From the NCBI GenBank assembly GCA_965232515.1, contig CBDDPY010000002.1, positions 768,001 to 832,000 on the forward strand: a stretch of 64,000 bases of DNA, in the 5' to 3' direction. Below, piece by piece: positions 31,127 through 41,037 of this stretch. Every line of letters starts with the position of its first letter. The stretch's first letter is position 1. The stretch comes from Alphaproteobacteria bacterium (GTDB lineage: Bacteria > Pseudomonadota > Alphaproteobacteria > GCA-2731375). The notes beneath the pieces are model-generated. The model searched no databases. It worked only from the letters and a program-made list of their open reading frames with translations, and had not been told where the DNA came from. A program made the translations under genes and the position numbers.

Positions 31127-32986
31127 ATGGACATGCGGTCGGACGGAAGAAGCTGGAAAGCCGCCGTCGTCGCGGCGGTCGCCGCCGGCATCGTTATCTG
31201 CGCGGCGCTGCTGTGGCAGACGGCCTATTGGACGCGTGAGATCGCGCTTACCGATATCCGCGAGCGCAGCAACCACACGCTCAACCTGGTGGTGGAAAAC
31301 CTGCGCGGCGAATTGGCGAAGCACCAATATCAACCGCGATTGCTGTCGACCAATCCCATCTTCATCGAGATCCTTTCCGACCCGTCATCCGGTGACCGAG
31401 TCGGCGCGGCCAACCGTGAGCTCGAACGCATCGCCGACGTGTCCGGCGCGCTCGACATTTATCTGATGGATGCGACGGGATTGACGGTGGCCGCCAGCAA
31501 CTGGGCGGCGCCACGGACTTTCATTGGCCGTAACTTCGACTACCGCCCCTATTTCCAACAGGCCATGAAGGGGCAACTTGGCCGTTTCTTCGCCCTTGGC
31601 ACGACATCGCGCGAGCGCGGCTACTATTTCGCCTATCCCGTCCGCGACGGCCGGGACATCGTCGGCGCCATCGTCGTCAAGATGGCGGTCGGCGGCCTCG
31701 AGGCCGGCTGGCAGGACCCGGACCAGGAGGTGCTGGTGGTCGACGAGCATGGCGTCGTGTTCTTGAGCAGCCGGCCGGCTTGGCTATTCCGAACGCTTGC
31801 GCCGCTGACGTCGGAGGCGCGCGCACGCCTGGATGCGACCAAGCGCTATGAGGCGCGGGCGCTTGCGCCCTTGCCACTGCACCGGGAGGCGGATCCGACC
31901 TTGATCAGGGTCGGCGATGACGACGGTGACGCGCCGCGGCCGCGGCAGGAATACCTGGTGCTGGACCGGCAGATGATCGACGCGGGCTGGCGGGTGATCA
32001 TCCTCGCCGACACCGCGGCGGCGGACCGGCAGGTCAAGGTGGCGCTGGCGGTCGCCGTCTTCATGCTGGTCAGCCTGATGCTGGCGGCGACGGCCTATTA
32101 TCAGCGCCGGCGGCGGCTGGCCGAGCGCATCCGCCTGCAGGAGGCGGCGCGGGCGGAGTTGGAAGACCGTGTGCGTCAACGCACGCGCGATCTGACGGAT
32201 GCCAACAGACAGCTGCGCGCGGAAGTAACGGAACGCGAGCGAACCGAGCGGGAACTGCTGGCGACTCAGTCGGAATTGATCCAGGCATCCAAGCTGGCCG
32301 CGCTCGGACAGATGTCGGCCGGCCTCAGCCACGAACTGAACCAGCCGCTGGCGGCAATCCGGTCCTACGCCGACAACGCCCGAGCCTTCATCGCCCGCGG
32401 CAAGCCGGAAACGGCGACAGAGAATCTCGGCGGCATCGCCGAGCTGAGCGAACGGATGGCCCGGATTATCCGCAATCTCCGGACCTATGCGCGTGAGGAG
32501 CCGGCGCCGACCCGGCCGACGGCGGTCGCGCCCGCGCTCCGCGAGGCCCTGGTACTGCTGGACCGGCGGCTGAGGGCAGGCAATATCGACGTGCATACCG
32601 ATTTGCCGGACGAGGACGTCTTGGTGACCGGCGGCGATGTCCGGCTGCAGCAGATCCTGGTCAACCTGCTGTCGAACGCCATCGACTCAATGTCCGGCGT
32701 GGCGATGCGGGAACTGCATATCCGCGTCGCGCCGGCGGGCACACAGGTTCACATCGTGGTTCGCGACACCGGCCCCGGCATTACCGAGGCCGATATCGGC
32801 AATGTCTTCGATCCTTTCTTCTCGACCAAGGCTGTCGGCGATGGCATGGGCCTGGGACTGTCGATCACCTACGGAATCGTCAAACAGTTCGGCGGCCATA
32901 TCGCAGCGGCGAACCATGACGACGGCGGCGCCGTCTTCACCGTGATCCTGCAGCGCGCCGACAGCGGCCGGGAAGCGGCAGAATGA
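31127..32986 (+). CDS. dctB: C4-dicarboxylate sensor histidine kinase, DctB-like
   Basis: TM-dCache (ASNW..FIGRNFDYRPYF, GTTSRERGYYF)-TM; SHELNQPL H-box; FDPFFSTK, GLGLSI; start uncertain (31100-31133). Confidence 0.9.
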   Translation: MDMRSDGRSWKAAVVAAVAAGIVICAALLWQTAYWTREIALTDIRERSNHTLNLVVENLRGELAKHQYQPRLLSTNPIFIEILSDPSSGDRVGAANRELERIADVSGALDIYLMDATGLTVAASNWAAPRTFIGRNFDYRPYFQQAMKGQLGRFFALGTTSRERGYYFAYPVRDGRDIVGAIVVKMAVGGLEAGWQDPDQEVLVVDEHGVVFLSSRPAWLFRTLAPLTSEARARLDATKRYEARALAPLPLHREADPTLIRVGDDDGDAPRPRQEYLVLDRQMIDAGWRVIILADTAAADRQVKVALAVAVFMLVSLMLAATAYYQRRRRLAERIRLQEAARAELEDRVRQRTRDLTDANRQLRAEVTERERTERELLATQSELIQASKLAALGQMSAGLSHELNQPLAAIRSYADNARAFIARGKPETATENLGGIAELSERMARIIRNLRTYAREEPAPTRPTAVAPALREALVLLDRRLRAGNIDVHTDLPDEDVLVTGGDVRLQQILVNLLSNAIDSMSGVAMRELHIRVAPAGTQVHIVVRDTGPGITEADIGNVFDPFFSTKAVGDGMGLGLSITYGIVKQFGGHIAAANHDDGGAVFTVILQRADSGREAAE

Positions 32987-34326
32987 GCGTCGACGTCATC
33001 CTGATCGACGACGAACAGCATCTGCGGACGGCCTGCCGACAAGCGCTCGAGCTCGCCGATCTGACGGTCGACAGCTTCGCGTCAGCGGCAGGCGCGCTCG
33101 ATGCGGTCGGACCAACCTGGCCGGGCGTGGTGGTCAGCGACGTCAAGATGGCGGATCGCAACGGCCTGGAGCTGATGGCCGACGTCCTGGCGCGCGATCC
33201 CGAACTCCCGGTGATCCTGATCACCGGGCATGGCGATATCCCGATGGCGGTGCAGGCCATGCGCGACGGCGCCTATGACTTTATTGAAAAGCCGTTCGCC
33301 AACGAACGCCTGGTCGACGCGGTCCGCCGCGCACTCGAGAAGCGGCGGCTGGTGCTGGAGAACCGTGCGCTGAAGGAAAGCCTGTCGGGCGGCTCGGCGC
33401 TGGAGCGACAGCTGATCGGCCAGACGACAGCCATGCGTCAGCTGCGCGCGCAGATCACCAGCTTTGCGAACGCCGACGCCGATGTCCTGGTTGTCGGCGA
33501 GACGGGTACCGGCAAGGAACTCGTCGCCCGCAGCCTGCACGACCTGTCGCCGCGGGCGGGGGCGCGCTTCGTGCCGATCAATTGCGGCGCGCTGCCGGAG
33601 ACGATCATCGAAAGCGAACTGTTCGGCCACGAGGCGGGCGCCTTTACCGGCGCGGCGAAACCGCGCGTCGGACGGTTCGAGTATGCCGACGGCGGTACGC
33701 TCTTCCTCGACGAGATCGAGAGCATGCCGCTCGATCTGCAGACCCGCCTGCTGCGAGTGCTGCAGAACCGGAATGTCGTACGGCTGGGCGCCAACGAAGA
33801 GATCGATATCGATATTCGGGTTGTTGCAGCCGCCAAGGAGGACCTGCAGGCGGCGGCCGAACGCGGCGCCTTCCGGACGGATCTATTCTACCGGCTCAAC
33901 GTACTGACGCTGACGGTGCCGCCTCTCCGTGACCGGCGCGACGACATCCCCCAGCTGTTCGCGCACTTCCGGCGGCAGTTCGCGGAACGCTTCAGACGTG
34001 ACGTTCCGGAACCGGCCGCCAAGGATCTGGCGCGACTGACGGCGCACGATTGGCCGGGTAACGTGCGCGAGCTGCAGAACGTCGCCATGCGGTTCGCGCT
34101 GGGCTTCGGCGTCGAGATCCGGCCTGGCGACGAAACCGCTGCGGGCACAGGACGAACGCTGCCCGAACAGCTCGCCGATCTTGAACGGCTGATTATTCAG
34201 CAAACGCTGGCCCATCAGGGCGGCAGCCTGAAGTCGACTTACGAGGCCCTCGGCATCTCTCGCAAGACGCTCTACGACAAGATGCAGCGATACGGTCTCG
34301 GCGCGCCGGACACGCCGCAGAGCTGA
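32983..34326 (+). CDS. dctD: Sigma54-dependent response regulator, DctD-like
   Basis: Receiver domain; GETGTGKE; ESELFGHEAGAFTGA; WPGNVREL; C-terminal HTH; ATGA overlap with the kinase. Confidence 0.93.
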   Translation: MSVDVILIDDEQHLRTACRQALELADLTVDSFASAAGALDAVGPTWPGVVVSDVKMADRNGLELMADVLARDPELPVILITGHGDIPMAVQAMRDGAYDFIEKPFANERLVDAVRRALEKRRLVLENRALKESLSGGSALERQLIGQTTAMRQLRAQITSFANADADVLVVGETGTGKELVARSLHDLSPRAGARFVPINCGALPETIIESELFGHEAGAFTGAAKPRVGRFEYADGGTLFLDEIESMPLDLQTRLLRVLQNRNVVRLGANEEIDIDIRVVAAAKEDLQAAAERGAFRTDLFYRLNVLTLTVPPLRDRRDDIPQLFAHFRRQFAERFRRDVPEPAAKDLARLTAHDWPGNVRELQNVAMRFALGFGVEIRPGDETAAGTGRTLPEQLADLERLIIQQTLAHQGGSLKSTYEALGISRKTLYDKMQRYGLGAPDTPQS

Positions 34327-34342
34327 ACGGAGGGTCGCGCGC

Positions 34343-34390
34343 GGGTGGGCAACGACACAGCCTTTCGGCGCGTTGGGTGAACATCCACAC
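34343..34390 (+). promoter_or_regulatory. Candidate tandem DctD upstream activator sites
   Basis: GGGTGGGCAACGACACA and GGGTGAACATCCACAC imperfect GTG..CAC dyads about 110-155 bp upstream of the sigma54 promoter. Confidence 0.45.
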
Positions 34391-34498
34391 ACCACGCCCA
34401 TACCGGCGGCGACCGCGAGTTGTGAGTAGCGGCGTAACGCCTTGATATCAGCTCTGTTTGAGGACGCTTCAAGACATTTTCGGGTCATGCGTGGCGAT

Positions 34499-34514
34499 TG
34501 GCATGTGCCTTGCT
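34499..34514 (+). promoter_or_regulatory. Sigma54 promoter of dctPQM
   Basis: TGGCATGTGCCTTGCT with exact GG-N10-GC spacing; directly downstream of a GAFTGA activator gene. Confidence 0.82.
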
Positions 34515-34582
34515 TTGCAGGTCGCATAATCAACCGCGGCCGCTACCTGGGGCCGCATTTCTGCACCTAGGGAGGACCTCCA

Positions 34583-35584
34583 ATGCGGAAAACCTTAATC
34601 GCCGCCGCCGGAGCGGCGCTGATGCTGACGGCCGCGCCCGCCTATGCCGCCTGCGATCCGGGCGAGATCGTCATCAAGTTCAGCCATGTCACCAACACCG
34701 ACAAGCACCCGAAAGGCATTGCCGCGACGCTGCTCGAGCAGCGCGTGAACGCGGAGATGAACGGCAAGGCCTGCATGGAGGTGTTCCCCAACTCGAGCCT
34801 CTACGACGATAACAAGGTGCTGGAAGCGCTGTTGCAGGGCGACGTGCAGCTGGCTGCGCCGTCGCTGTCGAAGTTCGAAAAGTTCACCAAGAAGTACCGT
34901 ATCTTCGACCTGCCGTTCCTGTTCAACGACATCGAGGCCGTCGACCGGTTCCAGAATTCGGCCGCCGGCGAGAAGCTGAAGAACGCCATGAAGCGCCGCG
35001 GCCTTCGGGGCCTCGCCTTCTGGCATAACGGTATGAAGCAGATGTCGGCAAACAAGCCCCTGATCTCACCGGCGGACGCCGAAGGCCTGAAGTTCCGGGT
35101 GCAGCCGTCCGACGTGCTGGTGGCGCAATTCAATGAGCTCGGCGCCAATCCGCAGAAGATGTCGTTCAAGGAGGTCTATGGCGGCCTGCAGACCGGCGTC
35201 ATCGACGGTCAGGAAAACACCTGGTCGAACATCTACGGCAAGAAGTTCTTCGAGGTGCAGGACGGCATCACCGAAACCAACCACGGCATTATCGACTATC
35301 TGGTCGTGACGTCGACGGAATGGTGGGACGAGTTGCCGGACGACGTCCGCGATCAGTTCGCGGCGATCCTGACCGAGGTCACGACGACGCGGAACCAGAA
35401 GTCGACCGAAGTCAACGAGGCCAACAAGCAGAAGATCATCGAGTCGGGCGGCAGCGTGCGCACGCTGACGTCCGAGCAGCGCCAGGCCTGGGTCGACGCC
35501 CTGACGCCGGTCTGGAAGAAGTTCGAAAAGGACATCGGCGCGGACCTGATCGAAGCGGCGCTGGCGGCCAACCAGGGAAGCTGA
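34583..35584 (+). CDS. dctP: C4-dicarboxylate TRAP substrate-binding protein
   Basis: Signal peptide; IKFSHV..HPKG, APSLSKF, FWHNGMKQMSANKP, DGQENTWSNI; GGGAGG SD. Confidence 0.94.
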   Translation: MRKTLIAAAGAALMLTAAPAYAACDPGEIVIKFSHVTNTDKHPKGIAATLLEQRVNAEMNGKACMEVFPNSSLYDDNKVLEALLQGDVQLAAPSLSKFEKFTKKYRIFDLPFLFNDIEAVDRFQNSAAGEKLKNAMKRRGLRGLAFWHNGMKQMSANKPLISPADAEGLKFRVQPSDVLVAQFNELGANPQKMSFKEVYGGLQTGVIDGQENTWSNIYGKKFFEVQDGITETNHGIIDYLVVTSTEWWDELPDDVRDQFAAILTEVTTTRNQKSTEVNEANKQKIIESGGSVRTLTSEQRQAWVDALTPVWKKFEKDIGADLIEAALAANQGS

Positions 35585-35618
35585 TCCGCCGGCGCGGAGA
35601 CGCGCACAACGATAAGAT

Positions 35619-35659
35619 CGCGGATCGCGCGACCGGGCCAACCCGGCGCGCGATCCGCG
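35619..35659 (+). other. Intercistronic stem-loop between dctP and dctQ
   Basis: CGCGGATCGCGCG-ACCGGG-CCAA-CCCGG-CGCGCGATCCGCG inverted repeat. Confidence 0.7.
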
Positions 35660-35690
35660 GACATGACATGGCAACCGGGGAGGGAGGGCC

Positions 35691-36308
35691 ATGGCCAGCC
35701 TGTCAGGCGGCAAGTTCAGCCGAGTCGTCGATGAAATCGAAGAAACGCTGATCGCCGTTCTTCTGGGGATCATGACGCTGCTGACGTTCGCGAACGTCGT
35801 CGCGCGCTATGTGTTCAATGCCAACATTCTCTGGGCGCTGGAGGCCACGGTCTTCATCTTTGCCTGGCTGGTCTTGCTCGGCGCCTCATACGGGATCAAA
35901 AAGTCCGTACATATCGGCGTCGACGTCGTGACCCAGGCCCTGCCGGCCGCGTTCCGTCGCGTGCTGGCGATTGTCGCGGTCCTTTGCAGTCTGGCCTTTG
36001 CCGTCCTGCTGCTGATCGGCAGCTGGGAGTATTGGTATCCCTTCGTCACCAAGCGCGCCTTTCTGGAGACCGACGACGTGCCGATGCCGGAATTCCTGCA
36101 ATTCCTGGCGAACTGGCTGAACGAGGGCGAGCGCTACGAAAAAATGCCGCGCTTCATTCCCTATTTCATCCTGCCGCTGAGCATGGCGCTGCTGACCTAC
36201 CGGCTGTTGCAGGCGTCCTGGCGCGTGTTCACGGGCCAAAGCGACTCGCTGATCGCCAGCCACGAGACCGAGCAGGTCGTCGAACACGCGCGGACGCGGG
36301 AGGACTGA
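35691..36308 (+). CDS. dctQ: TRAP small permease
   Basis: EETLIA..FANVVARY..WALE..HIGVD. Confidence 0.92.
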   Translation: MASLSGGKFSRVVDEIEETLIAVLLGIMTLLTFANVVARYVFNANILWALEATVFIFAWLVLLGASYGIKKSVHIGVDVVTQALPAAFRRVLAIVAVLCSLAFAVLLLIGSWEYWYPFVTKRAFLETDDVPMPEFLQFLANWLNEGERYEKMPRFIPYFILPLSMALLTYRLLQASWRVFTGQSDSLIASHETEQVVEHARTRED

Positions 36309-36311
36309 GCC

Positions 36312-37688
36312 ATGGAAGTCGCCATCCTCTTCGCGCTCGTCATCGCACTGCTGCTGATCGGCGTGCCGATCGCCATCGCGCTCGGCCTGTCGAGCATCCT
36401 GTTCCTGCTGGCCTATTCCGAGGCCTCGCTCGCCTCGGTGGCCCAGACTCTGTTCTCGGCCTTCCACGGCCACTTCACGCTGCTGGCGATTCCGTTCTTC
36501 ATTCTGGCTTCTAGCTTCATGTCGACGGGCGGCGTCGCCCGCCGGATCATCCGCTTCGCCATTGCCGTGGTCGGGCATTTCCGCGGCGGCCTCGCCATCG
36601 CCTCGGTGTTCGCCTGCATGATGTTCGCGGCGCTCTCCGGCTCGTCGCCGGCGACGGTCGTGGCGATCGGCACCATCGTCATCGCCGGCATGCGGCAGGT
36701 CGGCTACACGACCGGTTTCGCCGCCGGCGTGATCTGCAACGCCGGCACGCTCGGTATCCTGATCCCGCCGTCGATCGTCATGGTGGTCTATGCCGCCGCG
36801 ACCGATGTCTCGGTCGGCCGCATGTTCCTGGCCGGCGTGATCCCGGGCCTGCTCGCCGGCCTGATGCTGATGGTCGGCATCTACGTGGCGGCGCGGTACC
36901 GCAATCTGCCGGCGCAGCCCTGGGCCGGTTGGGGCGAGATGATCGCGTCGGCGCGGGACGCGGGCTGGGGCCTGCTGCTGATCGTGATCATTCTGGGCGG
37001 AATCTACGGCGGCATCTTCACGCCCACCGAAGCCGCTGCCGTGGCCGCGGTCTACGCCTTCTTCATCGCCAACTTCGTCTATCGCGACATGGGACCGCTG
37101 AAGGGCGAGGCGGACGGCGAACCGCTGTCACTGTTGCAGCGGCCGCAGAGCCTGCTGACGGTGTGGTTCCACCGCGACACCAAGCAGACCCTGTTCGAGG
37201 CCGGCAAGTTGACCATCATGTTGATGTTCATCATCGCCAACGCCCTGATCCTGAAGCATGTGCTGACCGAGGAGCGGATCCCGCAGGCGATCACGGAGGC
37301 CATGCTGGCCGCCGGCTTCGGGCCGATCATGTTCCTGGTGATCGTCAACATCATCCTGCTGATCGGCGGCCAGTTCATGGAACCATCGGGCCTCCTGGTG
37401 ATCGTGGCGCCATTGGTGTTTCCGATCGCCATCGAGCTTGGCATCGATCCGATCCATCTCGGCATCATCATGGTGGTGAACATGGAAATCGGCATGATCA
37501 CGCCGCCGGTCGGGCTCAATTTGTTCGTCACCGCGGGGGTGGCAGGAATGTCGGTCATCAACGTGGTCAAGGCGGCGATGCCCTGGGTCGGGATCATGTT
37601 CGTATTCCTGATCCTGGTGACCTACGTGCCGATCATCTCGACTTGGCTGCCGACCTTGCTAATGGGGCCGGAGATCTTGACGCGCTAA
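36312..37688 (+). CDS. dctM: TRAP large permease
   Basis: LLAIPFFILA, ALSGSSPATV, GTLGILIPPSI, FTPTEAAAV, ITPPVGLNLF. Confidence 0.95.
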   Translation: MEVAILFALVIALLLIGVPIAIALGLSSILFLLAYSEASLASVAQTLFSAFHGHFTLLAIPFFILASSFMSTGGVARRIIRFAIAVVGHFRGGLAIASVFACMMFAALSGSSPATVVAIGTIVIAGMRQVGYTTGFAAGVICNAGTLGILIPPSIVMVVYAAATDVSVGRMFLAGVIPGLLAGLMLMVGIYVAARYRNLPAQPWAGWGEMIASARDAGWGLLLIVIILGGIYGGIFTPTEAAAVAAVYAFFIANFVYRDMGPLKGEADGEPLSLLQRPQSLLTVWFHRDTKQTLFEAGKLTIMLMFIIANALILKHVLTEERIPQAITEAMLAAGFGPIMFLVIVNIILLIGGQFMEPSGLLVIVAPLVFPIAIELGIDPIHLGIIMVVNMEIGMITPPVGLNLFVTAGVAGMSVINVVKAAMPWVGIMFVFLILVTYVPIISTWLPTLLMGPEILTR

Positions 37689-38296
37689 CGGGTGATCTGC
37701 CGACGCAGCATCTCCTTTAGCAGGTGCGCGTAACCCATTGCGTCGTCAATGGCGCGGTGCGTATGCGCGTGCCCGCCAAGCCAGTCCGGCGGATAGTGCG
37801 CGCGGTTGCAGCGGTCGAAGTTCCAGCCCATGACGCCCATGACCAGGCTCGGCAGGTCGAGGCCGGTGCCGTGGAACAGCGGTTCGCCCGGAAGAGGGCC
37901 GTGCGCGAGCCGGTGGCCGGTGAAGCGGCGCAGACACCAGTCGATCCAGAGACCGTCGAAGGCGAGGGGGTGGGCGACGAACAGCGCCGGCGCGGGCAGG
38001 GCGCGGATCCAGTCGACGTAAGACACCATGACATACGCCGGCGGTTGCGGATCGCGGGTCGCATCGGCCCAGACGGCCGGATCGCCCTGCAGCCAGGCGA
38101 GCGCCGTCGGGTCGGGCTCGGCGCCGTCGAGCGTCGCCAGGCAGGCCTCGAATTGAGGGCCGATCTCGCCGTCGGGGCCCACGACCACCGAAGCGAAGCT
38201 GCGCATGGATTGCCGGCCCGGCGTCGGCCCGTCCGTCTCGATGTCTGTCACGACGTAGCAGAGCGCGCCGCCGGCCCCGGTGTCGTCGTTCGTCAT
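37685..38296 (-). CDS. DEDDh 3'-5' exonuclease (RNase AS/DnaQ-like)
   Basis: ExoI VTDIETDGP, ExoII AHPLAFD, ExoIII HTHRAIDDA; ATG overlaps the upstream stop. Confidence 0.8.
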   Translation of the reverse strand: MTNDDTGAGGALCYVVTDIETDGPTPGRQSMRSFASVVVGPDGEIGPQFEACLATLDGAEPDPTALAWLQGDPAVWADATRDPQPPAYVMVSYVDWIRALPAPALFVAHPLAFDGLWIDWCLRRFTGHRLAHGPLPGEPLFHGTGLDLPSLVMGVMGWNFDRCNRAHYPPDWLGGHAHTHRAIDDAMGYAHLLKEMLRRQITR

Positions 38297-39855
38297 CGGG
38301 CCGGCGTCACGTCGAAAGCAATGGAGATGCGGGGTCGTTCGGCCACGAACGGCAGCACCCGGTGATAGAAGTAGGACGGGAACAGCAGCAGCAGGCCTTC
38401 CTCGGGGCGGAACACTCTGGTGGCGTGCGTTGGCTCGGCATGCACGAAGGGCGGCGGGCGGCCGAACTCGATCCAGCCGCCATGGTCGCCCGATTGCCGC
38501 ACCACGTCGGGCAGGTCGACGTAATAGACGCCGCTCAGCCAGGCCGTCGGATGCAGATGCGAGATCTGAGGCTCCGACACTTCCTGCAGGATGGTGGCCC
38601 AGGCCGTGAGGTTCCATCCGGTTGGAATGGCGCCCAGAAACGGATGGTCGCTGTCGGCCAGCAAGGTCGACATGTGCTGCTGCACAGCCTCGGCGATCAT
38701 GCGCTCGAAGGCGGCGAGCGCTGGCGGTGGCTTGACGAACAGATCGCGGGTCTGCCGGGCGACGTCGCTGCCGGCTTCGGTGTAGCGCGTCGGCGCGGTC
38801 TGCGCCTCGGCGCCGAGCGCCCGATTGAAGGCGGCGATATCGGGATAGTCGGACGGCGGCGACAGGCGCACCTGCCCCATCAAGCGGTCGTAGTCCATCA
38901 ACCGATCGGCGGCCGCGGTGTTGCCTTGGTGGCCAAATGCAATGGCCTTCAGAGATAAGGCGCTGCCGTTGCCCGGCTGTCGTGCGAGGCAGGCATCGCA
39001 GGCTTCAAGCGCGGCGCCCGCCTCGCCACGCTTCAGCAACACACAGGCCAGATTGTAGTGGGCGATCGCGTCGTCGGACGCGTTGTCAACGGCGCGCCGC
39101 AGGGCCGCCTCGGCGTCGTCCAGACGGCCGAGCTTATGCAGCACGAGGCCGAGATTGTTATGAACGCCTGGCGCGGCGGCATCGATCTCAAGCGCCTTGG
39201 CGTAAGCGTCGGCGGCTTCGGCAAAGCGCGCGGTGCGCTGCCGCACGTTGCCGATATTGACGTGGGCCGCGACGAAATCGGGCGCGCGATCGATGGCGGT
39301 CTGATAGGCCGCCGCCGCCTCGTCGAAACGGCCCATGTCTTCCAGAACCTCGCCCAGCGCGTTGCGCAGACCGGGCGCGTCTGGCGCCAGCTCGATGGCG
39401 CGTCGGAACGGCGCCTCGGCCTCGTCCGGCCGATAGAGGTCGAACAGCAGGCTGGCGAGGCCGACCCAGGCGCCGACAAGGCCAGGCGCCAGTGTGGTGG
39501 CGCGGCCATAGGCCTGCTCGGCCTCGGCGAAACGACGCCGGCGGCGCTCCAGATGCGCCAGCATCAGATGCGCATCTGCGAGATCCGGCCGTTTGTCCAG
39601 GACCGAGCGGGTCAGCCGCATCGACTGCGTGTCATCGCCGGCTTCGAGGAAGGTCATCGCGGCGGCCAGTACAATATCCGGCCGGGCCGGCGCCTGCGCG
39701 GCGGCGCGTTCATAAAGCGCCAGAGCTTCGCCGGGCCGGCCGGCCTGACGTAGCGTCTCGGCCTCGCGCAACAAAGCCGCGATCGCGCCGTCGGATGCCC
39801 CATTCGCTCCTGGTTCAGCCACCGGATTACCAACATCCCCTGATCGACCGTCCAA
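38293..39855 (-). CDS. TPR-repeat protein with C-terminal putative 2OG-Fe(II) oxygenase (TIGR02466-like)
   Basis: About 8 TPR units followed by W..SHLHP..WLSGVYYV, GWIEFGRPP, PEEG.LLLFPSYFYH.V.P, RISIAFD; start uncertain. Confidence 0.85.
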   Translation of the reverse strand: MDGRSGDVGNPVAEPGANGASDGAIAALLREAETLRQAGRPGEALALYERAAAQAPARPDIVLAAAMTFLEAGDDTQSMRLTRSVLDKRPDLADAHLMLAHLERRRRRFAEAEQAYGRATTLAPGLVGAWVGLASLLFDLYRPDEAEAPFRRAIELAPDAPGLRNALGEVLEDMGRFDEAAAAYQTAIDRAPDFVAAHVNIGNVRQRTARFAEAADAYAKALEIDAAAPGVHNNLGLVLHKLGRLDDAEAALRRAVDNASDDAIAHYNLACVLLKRGEAGAALEACDACLARQPGNGSALSLKAIAFGHQGNTAAADRLMDYDRLMGQVRLSPPSDYPDIAAFNRALGAEAQTAPTRYTEAGSDVARQTRDLFVKPPPALAAFERMIAEAVQQHMSTLLADSDHPFLGAIPTGWNLTAWATILQEVSEPQISHLHPTAWLSGVYYVDLPDVVRQSGDHGGWIEFGRPPPFVHAEPTHATRVFRPEEGLLLLFPSYFYHRVLPFVAERPRISIAFDVTPAR

Positions 39856-39960
39856 CCGCCCGGACCGGGATCATAACGTGCCGGTTCTGCCGCGCTAAGA
39901 CCTCGTTAACCATGGCGGCGCAGTATGGCGCGACGCGAAACAGAAGAATGGTCGTCGTGA

Positions 39961-40425
39961 ATGTTCAACTGGCTTCGCGCTCTCGCCGCGTCGCCGTCTC
40001 CGGTGGGACCGCCACAACTGGTAAAACGGTTCGATACGGCCGAACCGACGATCTCGAAGGCCATGCGCGTGGAAGGCGACGGCTGGGCGATCGAGCTGGA
40101 CGAGGCGGCCGAGCTGCCTATGTTTTCCTGGCAGCCGCCGCGGCTGGAGCAGTGTCTGCTCACCCTCAGCGCCGAGATGCGGACGGAGAACGTCAGCGGC
40201 AAAACCTATCTCGAGATGTGGTGCCGGTTCACCGGCAAGGGCGAGTATTTCTCAAAAGGCCTGCATCACGCGGTCAAGGGCACAAACGACTGGGCGTCCT
40301 ATGAGACGTCGTTCCGGCTGAAGAAAGGACAGGCGCCGAACCTGCTGCGGCTAAATCTGATCGTGGGCGGGCCCGGGCGGATCTGGATCCGCCGGGTCGA
40401 GCTGCAGCAGACGCCGCTGGCATAG
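39961..40425 (+). CDS. Hypothetical protein, probable beta-sandwich (galactose-binding-like)
   Basis: Pattern MRTENVSG..YLEMW..GTNDW..YETSF..G.G.IWI..V.L typical of CBM-like domains. Confidence 0.65.
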   Translation: MFNWLRALAASPSPVGPPQLVKRFDTAEPTISKAMRVEGDGWAIELDEAAELPMFSWQPPRLEQCLLTLSAEMRTENVSGKTYLEMWCRFTGKGEYFSKGLHHAVKGTNDWASYETSFRLKKGQAPNLLRLNLIVGGPGRIWIRRVELQQTPLA

Positions 40426-40453
40426 GCCGGAAACGGTAGGCACGGACAGGCAG

Positions 40454-40768
40454 ATGCGACGTCACAAGAAGCTGTTCGCGAAGCCGAAAGGACTGGCGCC
40501 CGCATTCATCGGGTGGACGTCTCTTCTGCTTCAGGTCGCGGGCCTGACGGCCGCTGGCCTGATCGTGACGTTCTATCGCGGGGGCTCGAACGACTGGTTC
40601 GGGTTGGCGCCGGTAATCTACGGCGCCATCGCCTTCGCCGGCTTCAGCCTGGTGGGTCTGATCATGGGGCTATACGCCAACACCAAACGGTTTTCCCTGC
40701 CGGGTTTGGTCTCGGTCCTGTCTGGCGCCTTCGCGATCAGCCTGGTCGCCTACGTGTTCTCGCAATAG
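40454..40768 (+). CDS. Small membrane protein (three TM)
   Basis: Three hydrophobic segments; follows the previous gene on the same strand. Confidence 0.65.
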   Translation: MRRHKKLFAKPKGLAPAFIGWTSLLLQVAGLTAAGLIVTFYRGGSNDWFGLAPVIYGAIAFAGFSLVGLIMGLYANTKRFSLPGLVSVLSGAFAISLVAYVFSQ

Positions 40769-40793
40769 CGCGTCCGCCGTAATCCTGGCCGCG

Positions 40794-40976
40794 TCAACTC
40801 TCGTGCGCCCCGCGCCGCTCCTTGAGGGCGAGTTCGATCTGCCGCCAGGTCTGCGCCTGTTCGTCGTCGCCCGCTTGCTCGAACGACTGCGCCTTCTGCG
40901 CCGCCTCGGCGATGGCCTTGGGCCCGTGCTGCTCGAACAGCTGCCGGGCATAGTTCTGGATCTCGCTTGCCTTCAT
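40794..40976 (-). CDS. 60-aa helical hypothetical protein
   Basis: MKASEIQNYARQLFEQHGPKAIAEAAQKA..TWRQIELAL; GGAG SD; high-GC codon usage. Confidence 0.78.
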   Translation of the reverse strand: MKASEIQNYARQLFEQHGPKAIAEAAQKAQSFEQAGDDEQAQTWRQIELALKERRGAHES

Positions 40977-41037
40977 GCTCGGGGTCTCCGGTGATGTCGC
41001 TTGCCGTAAAACCTGCTTGACGAACCGCCATCCGGCA

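Noticed and set aside
38293-39855. O-GlcNAc transferase partner for the GH84 enzyme
   Set aside because: The TPRs resemble those of OGT, but the C-terminal domain is a 2OG-Fe(II) oxygenase, not GT41
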